From Gammaproteobacteria bacterium (GTDB lineage Bacteria; Pseudomonadota; Gammaproteobacteria; Pseudomonadales; Pseudohongiellaceae): 64,000 nucleotides of DNA. The stretch lies in assembly GCA_018698975.1 (NCBI GenBank), contig JABIPQ010000024.1, positions 106 through 64,105 of the forward strand, written 5' to 3'. Made by a program: the position numbers and the translations under genes. Shown piece after piece: positions 53,420 through 62,742 of the stretch (its first letter is position 1; each line of letters opens with the position of its first letter). The notes under the pieces were generated by a model. That model saw only the letters and a program-made list of their open reading frames with translations. It searched no databases and had not been told where the DNA came from.

Positions 53420-53604
53420 CTTTGTGTGGCTTAATCAGGTGTTCCCAAGATAATGCGATGGGATTTGTTATACTTTTTTCGCTCTGGCCATAATCTTTTT
53501 AAAGATTATCAGAAGCCTGTGATTATTTAAAATGTCCCTGTTAATTTTTGTTAAAAAGAAGAGCTGATATATTGTCACCCATCTTTACTAATGGCATTAC
53601 TTAT

Positions 53605-54495
53605 ATGGAAAAACTGATTAAACAACCTCTTTTGCATTTTCTGCTTGCAGGTGCGCTGATTTTTGTTGTCTACCAGTTTTCCGACCAGCCTGTTAGCCAG
53701 ACAAATATTTCCGATAATGTCATCGAAGTTGACAGAACTGCACTGCTAAACTTTATGCAATACCGGGCGCAGGCATTTCAACCCGAACTCTTTAGTGAAC
53801 AACTCAATGCCATGGGTGAGACCGAGCTGGAAACCCTGGTGGACGAATATGTCAGGGAGGAAGCGCTTTACCGGGAAGCACTGGTGATGGGGATGGATCA
53901 GGGTGATTATATTATTCGGCAACGAATGGTCCAGAAAGTTGAGTTTCTTCTGGAAAATATCGTGAATCAGGCACTTGATCCTGAGGACGAGGAAGTTCTT
54001 GAATTCTATTCCGCCAGGATGAGCGATTATCAGGTGGATACCGTCTATACCTTTACTCATATTTTTTTCGATGGAGGAGAGCGGGGTTGGGAAAGCGCTG
54101 AGCAGGATGCTAATAATCTCAGGCGTAGCCCTGTTATTGAAGAAATATCTTTTAATGATTCCTCGCAATACGGTGATCGTTATCCTTTTCTGCAAAACTA
54201 TGTAGGGCGAACCCGTGATTTTGTGGTGAACAATTTCACCGACGAGTTTGTCAATCAGCTTGATATTCTGTCTCCTTCAGATCAAATCTGGTACGGCCCG
54301 CTAGAGTCTCGCTACGGATTCCATCTGGTGATGTTGCGCACACGCAGCGAAGCTTCTATTCCAGAACTGGACAGCATCAGGGGCAGAGTCATAGATGACT
54401 GGCGTTATGAAAAAGTGCTGGAAACCAGAAAAGAAGCAGAGGATCAGGTTGTCGATGCCTATGAAGTCAGATTGAATTTGCAGGCCGGGCAGTAG
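53605..54495 (+). CDS. Membrane-anchored PpiC/parvulin-type peptidyl-prolyl isomerase-like protein
   Basis: The ATG at 53605 gives MEKLIKQPLLHFLLAGALIFVVY (an N-terminal anchor). The C-terminal region (GPLESRYGFHLVML) resembles parvulin-type PPIase domains. The track ORF starts at a TTG at 53548. Confidence 0.6.
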   Translation: MEKLIKQPLLHFLLAGALIFVVYQFSDQPVSQTNISDNVIEVDRTALLNFMQYRAQAFQPELFSEQLNAMGETELETLVDEYVREEALYREALVMGMDQGDYIIRQRMVQKVEFLLENIVNQALDPEDEEVLEFYSARMSDYQVDTVYTFTHIFFDGGERGWESAEQDANNLRRSPVIEEISFNDSSQYGDRYPFLQNYVGRTRDFVVNNFTDEFVNQLDILSPSDQIWYGPLESRYGFHLVMLRTRSEASIPELDSIRGRVIDDWRYEKVLETRKEAEDQVVDAYEVRLNLQAGQ

Positions 54496-54497
54496 TT

Positions 54498-55511
54498 ATG
54501 TTGAGGCCGTCTTGTCTGCTTTTTATACTGGCGCTATTGACTCTATTGTCGCAATTTTCACTGGCTCATGATGCGCGCCCAGTGGTTGTTACTATTACAG
54601 AACAACTACCCGGAGCTTTCCAGTTTGTAGTGCGAGTGCCTGAAACGGTTGAAAAAAATAATCAGCCTGAGATAGTCTGGCCGCAGGAATGCACCATACA
54701 AAATTCAGTATCTGGAATTGGCTCCAGTACTGGCTCTATCCGCTGTACCAGCAGTCTAAAAGGACAGTCACTTTCTTTGCAATATCCTTTTTACAACCCT
54801 TCGCTGGCAACGTTTTATCGATTGACCAATTTTGAGGGAGAGTCGATGACATCCATGTTGTCACCGACACAATCACAATGGCTTGTGCCGCAGGAGCCTT
54901 CGCGCAGTAATGTCGCTATCGAATACCTGACCCTGGGCATGGAACATATTATTGGTGGTCTTGATCATTTGTTATTTGTGCTGGGCCTGCTGGTGATTGC
55001 GCGCACCCTAAAACGAATTTTGTGGACAGTGACCGGTTTTACGCTTTCACATTCAATTACTTTATCCTTGTCTGCATTGAGTTTTGTCACTATTCCCATT
55101 GTCCCGGTTGAAGCGGTAATTGCTTTGTCTGTTGTCTTTCTCGCCTTTGAAATAAGCCGTAAAAATCATCACAGCCTTACCTACAGATATCCCGTGATCG
55201 TGTCGTTTGGATTTGGATTGCTCCATGGCCTGGGTTTTGCCAGCGCCCTGGGAGAAATTGGGCTGGTACAAAATGAAATTCTGCTGTCACTGCTATTTTT
55301 TAATCTGGGCGTGGAGTTTGGGCAGCTCGCTTTTATTCTCGCCGTGGTGGCAGCGTATTGGTGTCTTTGCCAAATCCTGCTTAAAGGGATTTTGAACAAT
55401 GCCAACATGGAAAGTGTCTGGTCTTCACGGCGACTGGATTTGCCAGCCGCTTACCTGATTGGTGTGCCAGCGTCATACTGGTTAATTGATCGGGTAGTGC
55501 AATTTTTGTAA
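54498..55511 (+). CDS. HupE/UreJ-family membrane protein with N-terminal periplasmic domain
   Basis: Signal peptide MLRPSCLLFILALLTLLSQFSLA. The C-terminal TM region has HIIGGLDHLLFVLGLL, GFTLSHSITLSL, GLLHGLGFASAL and FNLGVEFGQL, typical of HupE/UreJ_2. Confidence 0.7.
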   Translation: MLRPSCLLFILALLTLLSQFSLAHDARPVVVTITEQLPGAFQFVVRVPETVEKNNQPEIVWPQECTIQNSVSGIGSSTGSIRCTSSLKGQSLSLQYPFYNPSLATFYRLTNFEGESMTSMLSPTQSQWLVPQEPSRSNVAIEYLTLGMEHIIGGLDHLLFVLGLLVIARTLKRILWTVTGFTLSHSITLSLSALSFVTIPIVPVEAVIALSVVFLAFEISRKNHHSLTYRYPVIVSFGFGLLHGLGFASALGEIGLVQNEILLSLLFFNLGVEFGQLAFILAVVAAYWCLCQILLKGILNNANMESVWSSRRLDLPAAYLIGVPASYWLIDRVVQFL

Positions 55512-55750
55512 GCAGGGCCACACTCCACCTGAAGAATAACTTTCCCTGTGGCTGTAGCTGCGATTGCCAAAAAGTGAAAATGGTTTAAAACATGTTTTGT
55601 TGGTGACTATTTTCGTTTCATTCATGCCGGATTTGCAAATTTCAGTCTTCAAGACTGTTCTCACAAGTCGCTTTCTTCTATTATTGTGCCCTTACCTTAC
55701 CAGTTTATCGATATTCCCTGCTGACGCAGTGGAGTGCCAAGGAATTCAAT

Positions 55751-56584
55751 ATCAAATCGTTTAAAAATAAAACTGCGTTTATAACAGGCGGTGGTTCCGG
55801 TGTCGGCCTGGGCATGGCCGGGGCTTTGGCAGAAAAAGGGATGAATCTGGCTCTTGCTGATATTGATGAGGCTAAACTGGAAGCGGCTAAAAAGATTCTG
55901 GCACAGTATGGTGTTCGGGTTGAAAGTTATACTCTGGATGTCACTGACAAAGAGGCAGTTTGTGAGGTGGTAAAACGCGTTGAAGAGACCTTTGGGACTA
56001 TCAATGTGGTTTGCGCCAATGCCGGCGTCAGCGGAAAAATGGGGCCTATTCAGGAGGCTGACGTTGCGGACTGGGATTGGGTAATTGATGTCAATTTAAA
56101 AGGGGTGGCCTATGTCGTACAGACCTGTCTGCCTTACCTGCTGAAAAATCCACAAGATGCTCATATTGTCATTACCAGTTCCATAAGTGGATTACGGGTT
56201 TACCAGCCCAGTCGCGGACAGGCTATGTATAACACGACCAAGTTTGGCCTGGTCGGATTAGGTGAAGCACTGCAAGTGGATTTGGCGCCTCATGGTGTCG
56301 GTGTTTCGATACTTTGCCCCAGTATTGTCAATACAGAAATTTCGCATTCAGGCTTATCCCGGCCGGAAAAATACGGGGGGGCTTTTGAAACCAATGCCAA
56401 TCATGAATTGGCAAACGCGGCATCTTCAGGCACTGATCCCCTGCAATTTGGTCGCTGGGTAGTAAAAGCGATAGAGCAAAACCTGCTCCATGTGATCACT
56501 CATCCCAATGATCAGGCTCTGGTTGAAGAGCGTCACGAAAAAATAATAAATTCTTTTAAAAACAGTAGGTTAATAACAGGGTAG
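55751..56584 (+). CDS. Short-chain dehydrogenase/reductase (classical SDR); start inferred at in-frame ATC
   Basis: The track ORF (55814) begins after the Rossmann motif. In-frame upstream codons read IKSFKNKTAFITGGGSGVGLGM, which is TGxxxGxG. Also NAG, the catalytic YNTTK, and a PSIVNT segment. Confidence 0.8.
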   Translation: MKSFKNKTAFITGGGSGVGLGMAGALAEKGMNLALADIDEAKLEAAKKILAQYGVRVESYTLDVTDKEAVCEVVKRVEETFGTINVVCANAGVSGKMGPIQEADVADWDWVIDVNLKGVAYVVQTCLPYLLKNPQDAHIVITSSISGLRVYQPSRGQAMYNTTKFGLVGLGEALQVDLAPHGVGVSILCPSIVNTEISHSGLSRPEKYGGAFETNANHELANAASSGTDPLQFGRWVVKAIEQNLLHVITHPNDQALVEERHEKIINSFKNSRLITG

Positions 56585-56759
56585 AGGCAGTTTTTTCTCC
56601 CTTTCCCTCCCTTTTTCTGCATTGTTTCAGGCAATTTCCCCGCCTGGAGTATTTTGAGAAATTTTCACATAGCCAAATCTGTGAGCTAGATCAAATCATG
56701 TCTCTGGAATACCTTCTACAGTGCCTATCATTAAATCTAATTGAAAGAAGAGGAAAGGG

Positions 56760-58037
56760 ATGATGTTGAATAATAAATTAGCTGGCCTTGTGCTTGGTAT
56801 TTTACTTTTTAGCCCGCTTGCCGTTATGGCAAAAGGTGCGGAATTTAAATTCGAAAGCTTTGTTATTGGAGTTTCCGGAGTAGACGAATTAGCGACGGTA
56901 GTGGTATCGCTGCATGGGGTAGATCTGCCTCTGATCGTTAACGGGGATACTGAAATCCGTTCTGGCGGTGATGAAATAGATATTGAAGATCTTTCCATTG
57001 ATGACTTTGTGAAGGTGGATGCTTTTTTTTCTGCAGAGGGAATTGTCGCTGAAGAGATATCAGTACTTGATGAGCGCGGTGAGCAATTCCGTTTGAGCGG
57101 TCGTTTAACGGGAAATACCGAGCTTGATGGCAATACTTTTCTGGAATTGCTTGGTCTTGAAGTAAGGGTTGATGATTCTGCCAACATTACACGCAGGAAT
57201 GTTGGTTCAGGTAATTCGGTACCGGCATCAGAGCTTGTTGCAGGGGACGAAGTGAATGTCCGCGGTTTATTTGAAAATGATGAATTGCTGGCCACCCACA
57301 TTCATGTGGGCAGCAGAGAGCAGGGCGGTATTGAGCTGGAAGGAGAAGTCTCTGATCTGACTGATGGCAGTTTCAAATTAAATTTATCCAGTGGCGGCAA
57401 ACTTGTTGTTGTCTTCGATGAAAATACCGAGATTAGTGGTGAACTTGCTGATGGCATACTAGTGGAGCTGGAAGGTCGCTTTGCTGAGAACCTGAGCATC
57501 CTGGCGTTTGAATTGGTGGTCGATGAAGATGGCGACGGCGATGCCGATGATGATAATCGACGCAAGGGCCGTGGTCGTGGAAATGGAAATGGAAATGGTA
57601 ACGGTAACGGTAACGGTAACGGTAACAGTGATGATAACAGTGATAATGATGCTGATAGTGATGATGGAGAGTCGTTAGTCGTTAGCCGTGAAGCCAAACT
57701 GAAAGCTGATGGTACTGATGTTAGTGGTAAAGCTGAGGTCAAATATCAGGAAGAAGGCAGCGAGCTTGAGCAGGAAGTGGAAGTGGAAATTGAAGATGCT
57801 TTAGCTGACACTGACTATTCAATTCTGGTTTTCTTTGTCGGCAGTGATACCGGTATTGATTTCGGCACTTTGACTACAGATGAATTTGGTTCAGCAAAAG
57901 CCGAGTTTAAAACGGATGCTGATGATGACGATGAACAGGACCTGACAGCGCTACTCGCTGAGGGTAGTGATGTGAGAGATATTAGCGTCATACAAATTTT
58001 GCTGGACGGTGACCTTGTTGTCGAAGGTGAGTTGTAA
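56760..58037 (+). CDS. Secreted, highly acidic repeat protein with (Gly-Asn)8 tract
   Basis: Signal peptide MMLNNKLAGLVLGILLFSPLAVMA. Several internally similar beta-rich modules (…GDEV.V.G…/…VELEGRF…), resembling DUF5666-type repeats, a GN repeat and D/E-rich tails. Confidence 0.7.
   Translation: MMLNNKLAGLVLGILLFSPLAVMAKGAEFKFESFVIGVSGVDELATVVVSLHGVDLPLIVNGDTEIRSGGDEIDIEDLSIDDFVKVDAFFSAEGIVAEEISVLDERGEQFRLSGRLTGNTELDGNTFLELLGLEVRVDDSANITRRNVGSGNSVPASELVAGDEVNVRGLFENDELLATHIHVGSREQGGIELEGEVSDLTDGSFKLNLSSGGKLVVVFDENTEISGELADGILVELEGRFAENLSILAFELVVDEDGDGDADDDNRRKGRGRGNGNGNGNGNGNGNGNSDDNSDNDADSDDGESLVVSREAKLKADGTDVSGKAEVKYQEEGSELEQEVEVEIEDALADTDYSILVFFVGSDTGIDFGTLTTDEFGSAKAEFKTDADDDDEQDLTALLAEGSDVRDISVIQILLDGDLVVEGEL
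57579..57626 (+). repeat. Hexanucleotide microsatellite (ggaaat)3(ggtaac)5 encoding (GN)8
   Basis: Read directly. It is in frame within the acidic protein gene. Confidence 0.95.
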
Positions 58038-58075
58038 GAGGTAAATATTTTTGTAAGGAAAAGCACATCTTTAAT

Positions 58076-58112
58076 GGCGCTCAAAGTCTTAAAAACCCTT
58101 GAGCGCCTTTTT
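58076..58112 (+). terminator. Rho-independent terminator after the acidic protein gene
   Basis: ggcgctcaa (58076-58084) pairs with ttgagcgcc (58099-58107), a perfect 9 bp, followed by ttttt. It overlaps the last codons of the convergent epimerase gene. Confidence 0.7.
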
Positions 58113-59039
58113 GATCAAAGACATAATATTTTCATCTTTTCTAAAACCAGCTGCTTCGGCTTTTGGGCAGTGAATGGGTGGATAGCTACCAAAATTTTCT
58201 TCTATCCAGGGGTCTGCTTGATAGGTGATTAAAGACTGCACATTGTGCTCAGGGAATTGATCATCAATTTGATTAACCAGTGCTTCTATTGATACGTGCA
58301 TGGCGGGCAATGTCCAGGTATGGCATTTTCCATTGCTGTCCGCATTTGAAATAGTCTCTGCATTTATTAGATTTTCGACCACACAGTTGACAGACATCAG
58401 CCAGGACTTTGCATCAGGAGAGACCGGGCAGGTAAATGTTTGTCCACTACTTAAACATCTGATCAGGTCACTGAAAAAAATAGACACTGCACCATTGGGT
58501 TCCGGAGGGCGGGCTACGATGCCTGGAAGTCGAAGCGAGCAACCCTTTATCCAACCACGCCTGACAAAATCTGCTACCAGTGTTTCACCAATCACTTTCT
58601 GTGAGCCATAGGTCAGGTTAGGCGTGGGCAAGGTGTCATCATTGACCTCTGCAGTTGCTGGTTTGCCATAGACTGCTATAGAACTGGCAAAGATCAATGT
58701 AGGTAAATTGCCTTGATCCTTTAATTTCTCCAGCAGAGCCATGGTGCCCTGAATATTAACGTTCACGCCAAGAGAATAATTGGATTGTGCCAGTCCGCTG
58801 GGAACGCTGGCCAGATGAAAAACGCAGTCTGCTGGATATTTTTCCAGTGCACTTGTGAGGATCTCGGGGTCGGCAAAACTACCGGAAATTTTTTTAATTA
58901 GTGGATGGTCCTCCACCAGTTCCAGTGACAGGTCCAGTGCTGTAATGCGGCTGATTCCCCTTGAGTCTGCTTCATCAATAAGTTTTTTTATCAGGTGCCT
59001 GCCAATAAAACCATTGGCGCCTGTTATAAGGATATGCAT
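58089..59039 (-). CDS. NAD-dependent epimerase/dehydratase (extended SDR)
   Basis: MHILITGANGFIGRHL Rossmann motif, a YGSQK catalytic context, 316 aa. It lies 18 nt downstream of ppdK on the same strand. Confidence 0.8.
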   Translation of the reverse strand: MHILITGANGFIGRHLIKKLIDEADSRGISRITALDLSLELVEDHPLIKKISGSFADPEILTSALEKYPADCVFHLASVPSGLAQSNYSLGVNVNIQGTMALLEKLKDQGNLPTLIFASSIAVYGKPATAEVNDDTLPTPNLTYGSQKVIGETLVADFVRRGWIKGCSLRLPGIVARPPEPNGAVSIFFSDLIRCLSSGQTFTCPVSPDAKSWLMSVNCVVENLINAETISNADSNGKCHTWTLPAMHVSIEALVNQIDDQFPEHNVQSLITYQADPWIEENFGSYPPIHCPKAEAAGFRKDENIMSLIKKALKGF

Positions 59040-59057
59040 TTACGATTTCTCAATATC

Positions 59058-61649
59058 TTATTCAACATTGGCTTGTGCTGCGGCGATACGGGCAATAGGA
59101 ATTCTGAATGGGCTGCAAGAGACATAATCCAGTCCAATTTCATGACAATATTTTACCGAACGGGGGTCGCCTCCGTGCTCACCGCAGATTCCGTATTTGA
59201 TGCCTTTCTTCTTACGACGTGAATCCTTGATCGCCATTTTCATTAGTTTGCCAATTGCCCGTTGATCCAGTGAAACAAAAGGATCCATTTCGATTAGTTT
59301 GTTGGTCAGGTAAGCCGGAATGAATTTCCCGGCATCATCTCTGGAAAAACCATAAGTCATCTGGGTGAGATCATTGGTGCCAAAACTCATGAACTCCACA
59401 TCCTTGGCCAGTCGGTCAGCACCAAGGCAGGCTCTGGGTGTTTCCATCATGGTGCCAATCTTGTAGCGAATGGACAGGCTTTTTTCTTTCATGACAGCCT
59501 GAATGCCGCGGTCAATAATTTCACTGACCAGCCGAATCTCTCTTACATTCACTACCAATGGGATCATGATTTCCGGTAGTGGTTGGTAGCCTTCTTCAGT
59601 GGCAACCACAGCGGCACTGATTATGGCGCGTACCTGCATTTCGGTAATCTCGGGATGGACAACAGATAAGCGGCAGCCGCGCAGCCCGAGCATGGGATTC
59701 ACTTCGGTCAAATCCTTGACCGCGTTTCTGATTAACTCCACCGGTTTTTTGATGTGTCCACTGAGAGTGGCGATGTCCTCTTCTGTATGAGGAAGGAATT
59801 CATGCAAGGGAGGATCGAGAAGACGAATGGTCACTGGTTTGCCATCCATAATACGAAACAGTGCCAGGAAGTCGTCATGCTGGAATTTTTCCAGAACTGT
59901 CAGGTATTCTTCTCGCTCTTCTTTTGTTTCGGAGAGAATCATGCCGCGCATGATGTCGATGCGATCTGATGCAAAAAACATATGTTCTGTTCTGCACAGG
60001 CCGATTCCTTCTGCACCCAGTTCGAGAGCTTTGGCGGCATCTTCCGGAGTGTCGGCATTGGCGCGCACCTGTAGCTTGCGATACTTGTCAGCCCATGACA
60101 GCAGCATCTGAAAATCATCACTGGAACTGGCGACTATTTTCGGAATATCACCCAGCATTACTTCACCCGCTAATCCGTCCAGGGTGATGATGTCGCCGCG
60201 CTTGATTACCTTGCCTGACTTAGTAGTTGCAGTTCCTGCGGCATAATCAATATTGAGATTATTGCAGCCGGTGATGGCGCAAACACCCATGCCCCTGGCA
60301 ACAACAGCGGCATGTGAAGTCATGCCTCCTAATTCAGTCAAAATACCTTTAGCGACTTTCATGCCATGAATGTCTTCCGGGGTCGTTTCACGTCTTACCA
60401 GAATGACTTGTTTTCCAGTGGCGGCGACTTCCACAGCCTCATCAGCGGAAAAGACCACAGCGCCGGTTGCTCCACCCGGGCTGGCCGGCAATCCTGATGC
60501 GACAATGTCTGTCTTCGCATCGGGATCAACCATGGGGTGAAGAAAAGCTTCGACATGTTCTGGAGAGACCCGCAGCAGGGCTTCCTTTTCAGTAATCATT
60601 CCTTCTTTTACCATTTCCACGGCAATTTTGATGGAAGCCCGCCCGGTACGCTTGCCACTGCGAGTTTGCAGAATGAAAAAACGGCCTTCCTGAATGGTAA
60701 ATTCAATATCCTGCATATCCCGGTAATGTTTTTCCAGCAGAGCCTGTGTATCAAAAAGTTGCTGGTAAATGTCCGGCATTTTTTCTTGCAGAGCAGTAAT
60801 GGGTTCTGGGGTACGAATGCCGGCTACCACATCTTCCCCGGCGGCATTAAATAAAACTTCACCGAAAAACTCCTTTTCACCGGTAGAAGGATGACGGGTA
60901 AAGGCTACACCTGAACCGGAATCATCACTGAAATTTCCAAATACCATGGCCTGGACGGCCACTGCAGTGCCAGTGGATTCTGGAATATTATTCATTTCCC
61001 GATACACGATTGCCCGTGGTGTATGCCAGGAAAGAAAAACCGCTTCAATGGATAAAAATAATTGCCTAAATGGATCCTGTGGCAAGTCCACCAGGGTTTT
61101 GAATATTTTTATAACTTGTTGCCAGTCGTCAGCAAGCATTTCAATATCCAGAATCTTGCCATTAGCTTGCTTGTATTCATTGATGACTGTTTCAAATTTA
61201 TCCCCATCGACTCCCATCACAACATTGGCAAACATCTGAATGAAGCGGCGGTAGGAATCATAGGCAAAACGTGGATTGCCGGTTTTTTTGGCAAGACCTT
61301 CTACAATTTCGTCATTCATTCCCAGGTTAAGTACTGTGTCCATCATGCCTGGCATGGATACTGGCGCACCAGAGCGAACAGATAAAAGTAAGGGATTTTC
61401 GGGGTCGCCAAAGCGGGCTCCCATTTTGTTTTCTACCAGGTCCAGGGCAACCCGGTAATCCTGTTCGAGACTATTGGGTAGCTTGTTACCATTCTCAAAG
61501 AATTCACGGCATGTGGCAGTGGTAATGATGAAGCCAAAGGGAACAGGAAGACCAAGATTGGTCATTTCACACAGGTTGGCACCTTTGCCTCCCAGTAAAT
61601 CCCGTTCATCTTTGTGTCCTTCGTTAAAAAGGTATACGCGCTTGGCCAT
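59058..61649 (-). CDS. ppdK: Pyruvate, phosphate dikinase
   Basis: 863-aa ORF MAKRVYLFNEGHKDERDLLGGKGANLCEMTNLGLPVPFGFIITT, with the catalytic His in GGMTSHAAVVARGMG and a C-terminal PEP/pyruvate TIM barrel (GLCRTEHMF, FFSFGTNDLTQ-like FMSFGTNDLTQ). Confidence 0.95.
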   Translation of the reverse strand: MAKRVYLFNEGHKDERDLLGGKGANLCEMTNLGLPVPFGFIITTATCREFFENGNKLPNSLEQDYRVALDLVENKMGARFGDPENPLLLSVRSGAPVSMPGMMDTVLNLGMNDEIVEGLAKKTGNPRFAYDSYRRFIQMFANVVMGVDGDKFETVINEYKQANGKILDIEMLADDWQQVIKIFKTLVDLPQDPFRQLFLSIEAVFLSWHTPRAIVYREMNNIPESTGTAVAVQAMVFGNFSDDSGSGVAFTRHPSTGEKEFFGEVLFNAAGEDVVAGIRTPEPITALQEKMPDIYQQLFDTQALLEKHYRDMQDIEFTIQEGRFFILQTRSGKRTGRASIKIAVEMVKEGMITEKEALLRVSPEHVEAFLHPMVDPDAKTDIVASGLPASPGGATGAVVFSADEAVEVAATGKQVILVRRETTPEDIHGMKVAKGILTELGGMTSHAAVVARGMGVCAITGCNNLNIDYAAGTATTKSGKVIKRGDIITLDGLAGEVMLGDIPKIVASSSDDFQMLLSWADKYRKLQVRANADTPEDAAKALELGAEGIGLCRTEHMFFASDRIDIMRGMILSETKEEREEYLTVLEKFQHDDFLALFRIMDGKPVTIRLLDPPLHEFLPHTEEDIATLSGHIKKPVELIRNAVKDLTEVNPMLGLRGCRLSVVHPEITEMQVRAIISAAVVATEEGYQPLPEIMIPLVVNVREIRLVSEIIDRGIQAVMKEKSLSIRYKIGTMMETPRACLGADRLAKDVEFMSFGTNDLTQMTYGFSRDDAGKFIPAYLTNKLIEMDPFVSLDQRAIGKLMKMAIKDSRRKKKGIKYGICGEHGGDPRSVKYCHEIGLDYVSCSPFRIPIARIAAAQANVE

Positions 61650-61737
61650 GGATATTTCTCAAAGAGGTATTTTTATTATTGTACGAATTAACGGGTCATT
61701 AACCCATGTCGTCATGGTTATAATTTAATTAATGAAT

Positions 61738-62742
61738 TCAGGGATTGATGACAGTTCTGAAACCAATATGAGAAGTACCCAGTCCTTTGCTTTGTGATTG
61801 CCTTGCTTCAGGCCGATAACGCATGCAGTAGTTAGGCGCACAAAGATAGGAACCGCCCTTGATAACTGCAACGGGCTCACCGGGCTGGTAGGGGTCATAG
61901 CCTTGCGGATATTTCTCCTTGTCGGCAAAGCCATGGCTTGAAAACCAGGGGGTTTCAGTCCATTCCCAGACATTACCGATAAGATCATACAGTCCCAGAT
62001 TGTTTGCACTATAGCAACCTACCGGGGCGGTCCCGGTAAAACCATCCTGAGCATCATGCTGAAAAGGAAACAAACCTTGCCAGGTGTTGGATTGAAAGGT
62101 CCCGGCTGAATCCCTGCGTAAACTGCTCTGGGCGGCATATTCAAACTGTGTTTCTGTGGGCAGGGAATGTCCTTTCCAGGCTGCGTATGCCTGGGCATCT
62201 TCATAGGCGATATGGACAACGGGGTGTTGCTGCCTGCTTTCAAGATTTGACCCTGGACCTTCCGGTTGCTGCCAGTTGGCACCGTTCATGAAAAGCCACC
62301 AGCCAGCAAAAGGATTTACTGGTTCATCGCTGACATGGGGGGCGAAAACTGCAGAACCGGGAATGAATTCGCCGGTGGATGAATTTTCAATTCCTCGTTC
62401 TGCCAGCGTGATATAACCAGTGGCGTCAACAAATTCGGCAAACTCGTTATTGGTAACTTCATGCTGTGCCATCCAGAAGTCATTTACAGATGTTGCAAAT
62501 GCCGGGCCCTCTTCAAAATAGGTTCCTTCGGCGCCCATGGTGAACTCGCCGCCGGTCACCAGAATCATGCCAGGATACGGAGAAGCAAGAGTCGGAATCT
62601 CGTTACACTGCATGGCCAGGACATTAATATTAATTCCGGGTACTGATGTTTTTGATGCCAGCCAGGCCAGGACTATTACAATAGCAAGGCCGGAACCAGC
62701 GCCAAAAATTAATATTTTTTTACTGTTGGTAAATGACGTCAT
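61738..62742 (-). CDS. Formylglycine-generating enzyme (SUMF1/FGE family), membrane-anchored or secreted
   Basis: FGE-sulfatase domain motifs (HPVVHIAYEDAQAYAAWKG, GNVWEWTE, GGSYLC, R-rich C-terminus). An N-terminal hydrophobic segment. It is adjacent to a sulfatase gene. Confidence 0.85.
   Translation of the reverse strand: MTSFTNSKKILIFGAGSGLAIVIVLAWLASKTSVPGININVLAMQCNEIPTLASPYPGMILVTGGEFTMGAEGTYFEEGPAFATSVNDFWMAQHEVTNNEFAEFVDATGYITLAERGIENSSTGEFIPGSAVFAPHVSDEPVNPFAGWWLFMNGANWQQPEGPGSNLESRQQHPVVHIAYEDAQAYAAWKGHSLPTETQFEYAAQSSLRRDSAGTFQSNTWQGLFPFQHDAQDGFTGTAPVGCYSANNLGLYDLIGNVWEWTETPWFSSHGFADKEKYPQGYDPYQPGEPVAVIKGGSYLCAPNYCMRYRPEARQSQSKGLGTSHIGFRTVINP

Noticed and set aside
56696-57742. 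Two long minus-strand ORFs (201 aa and 146 aa) rich in Ser/Pro/Leu opposite the acidic repeat protein gene
   Set aside because: They are mirror-frame artefacts of a D/E/G/N-rich low-complexity coding region. The plus-strand ORF has a signal peptide, an SD and a terminator, and these have none.
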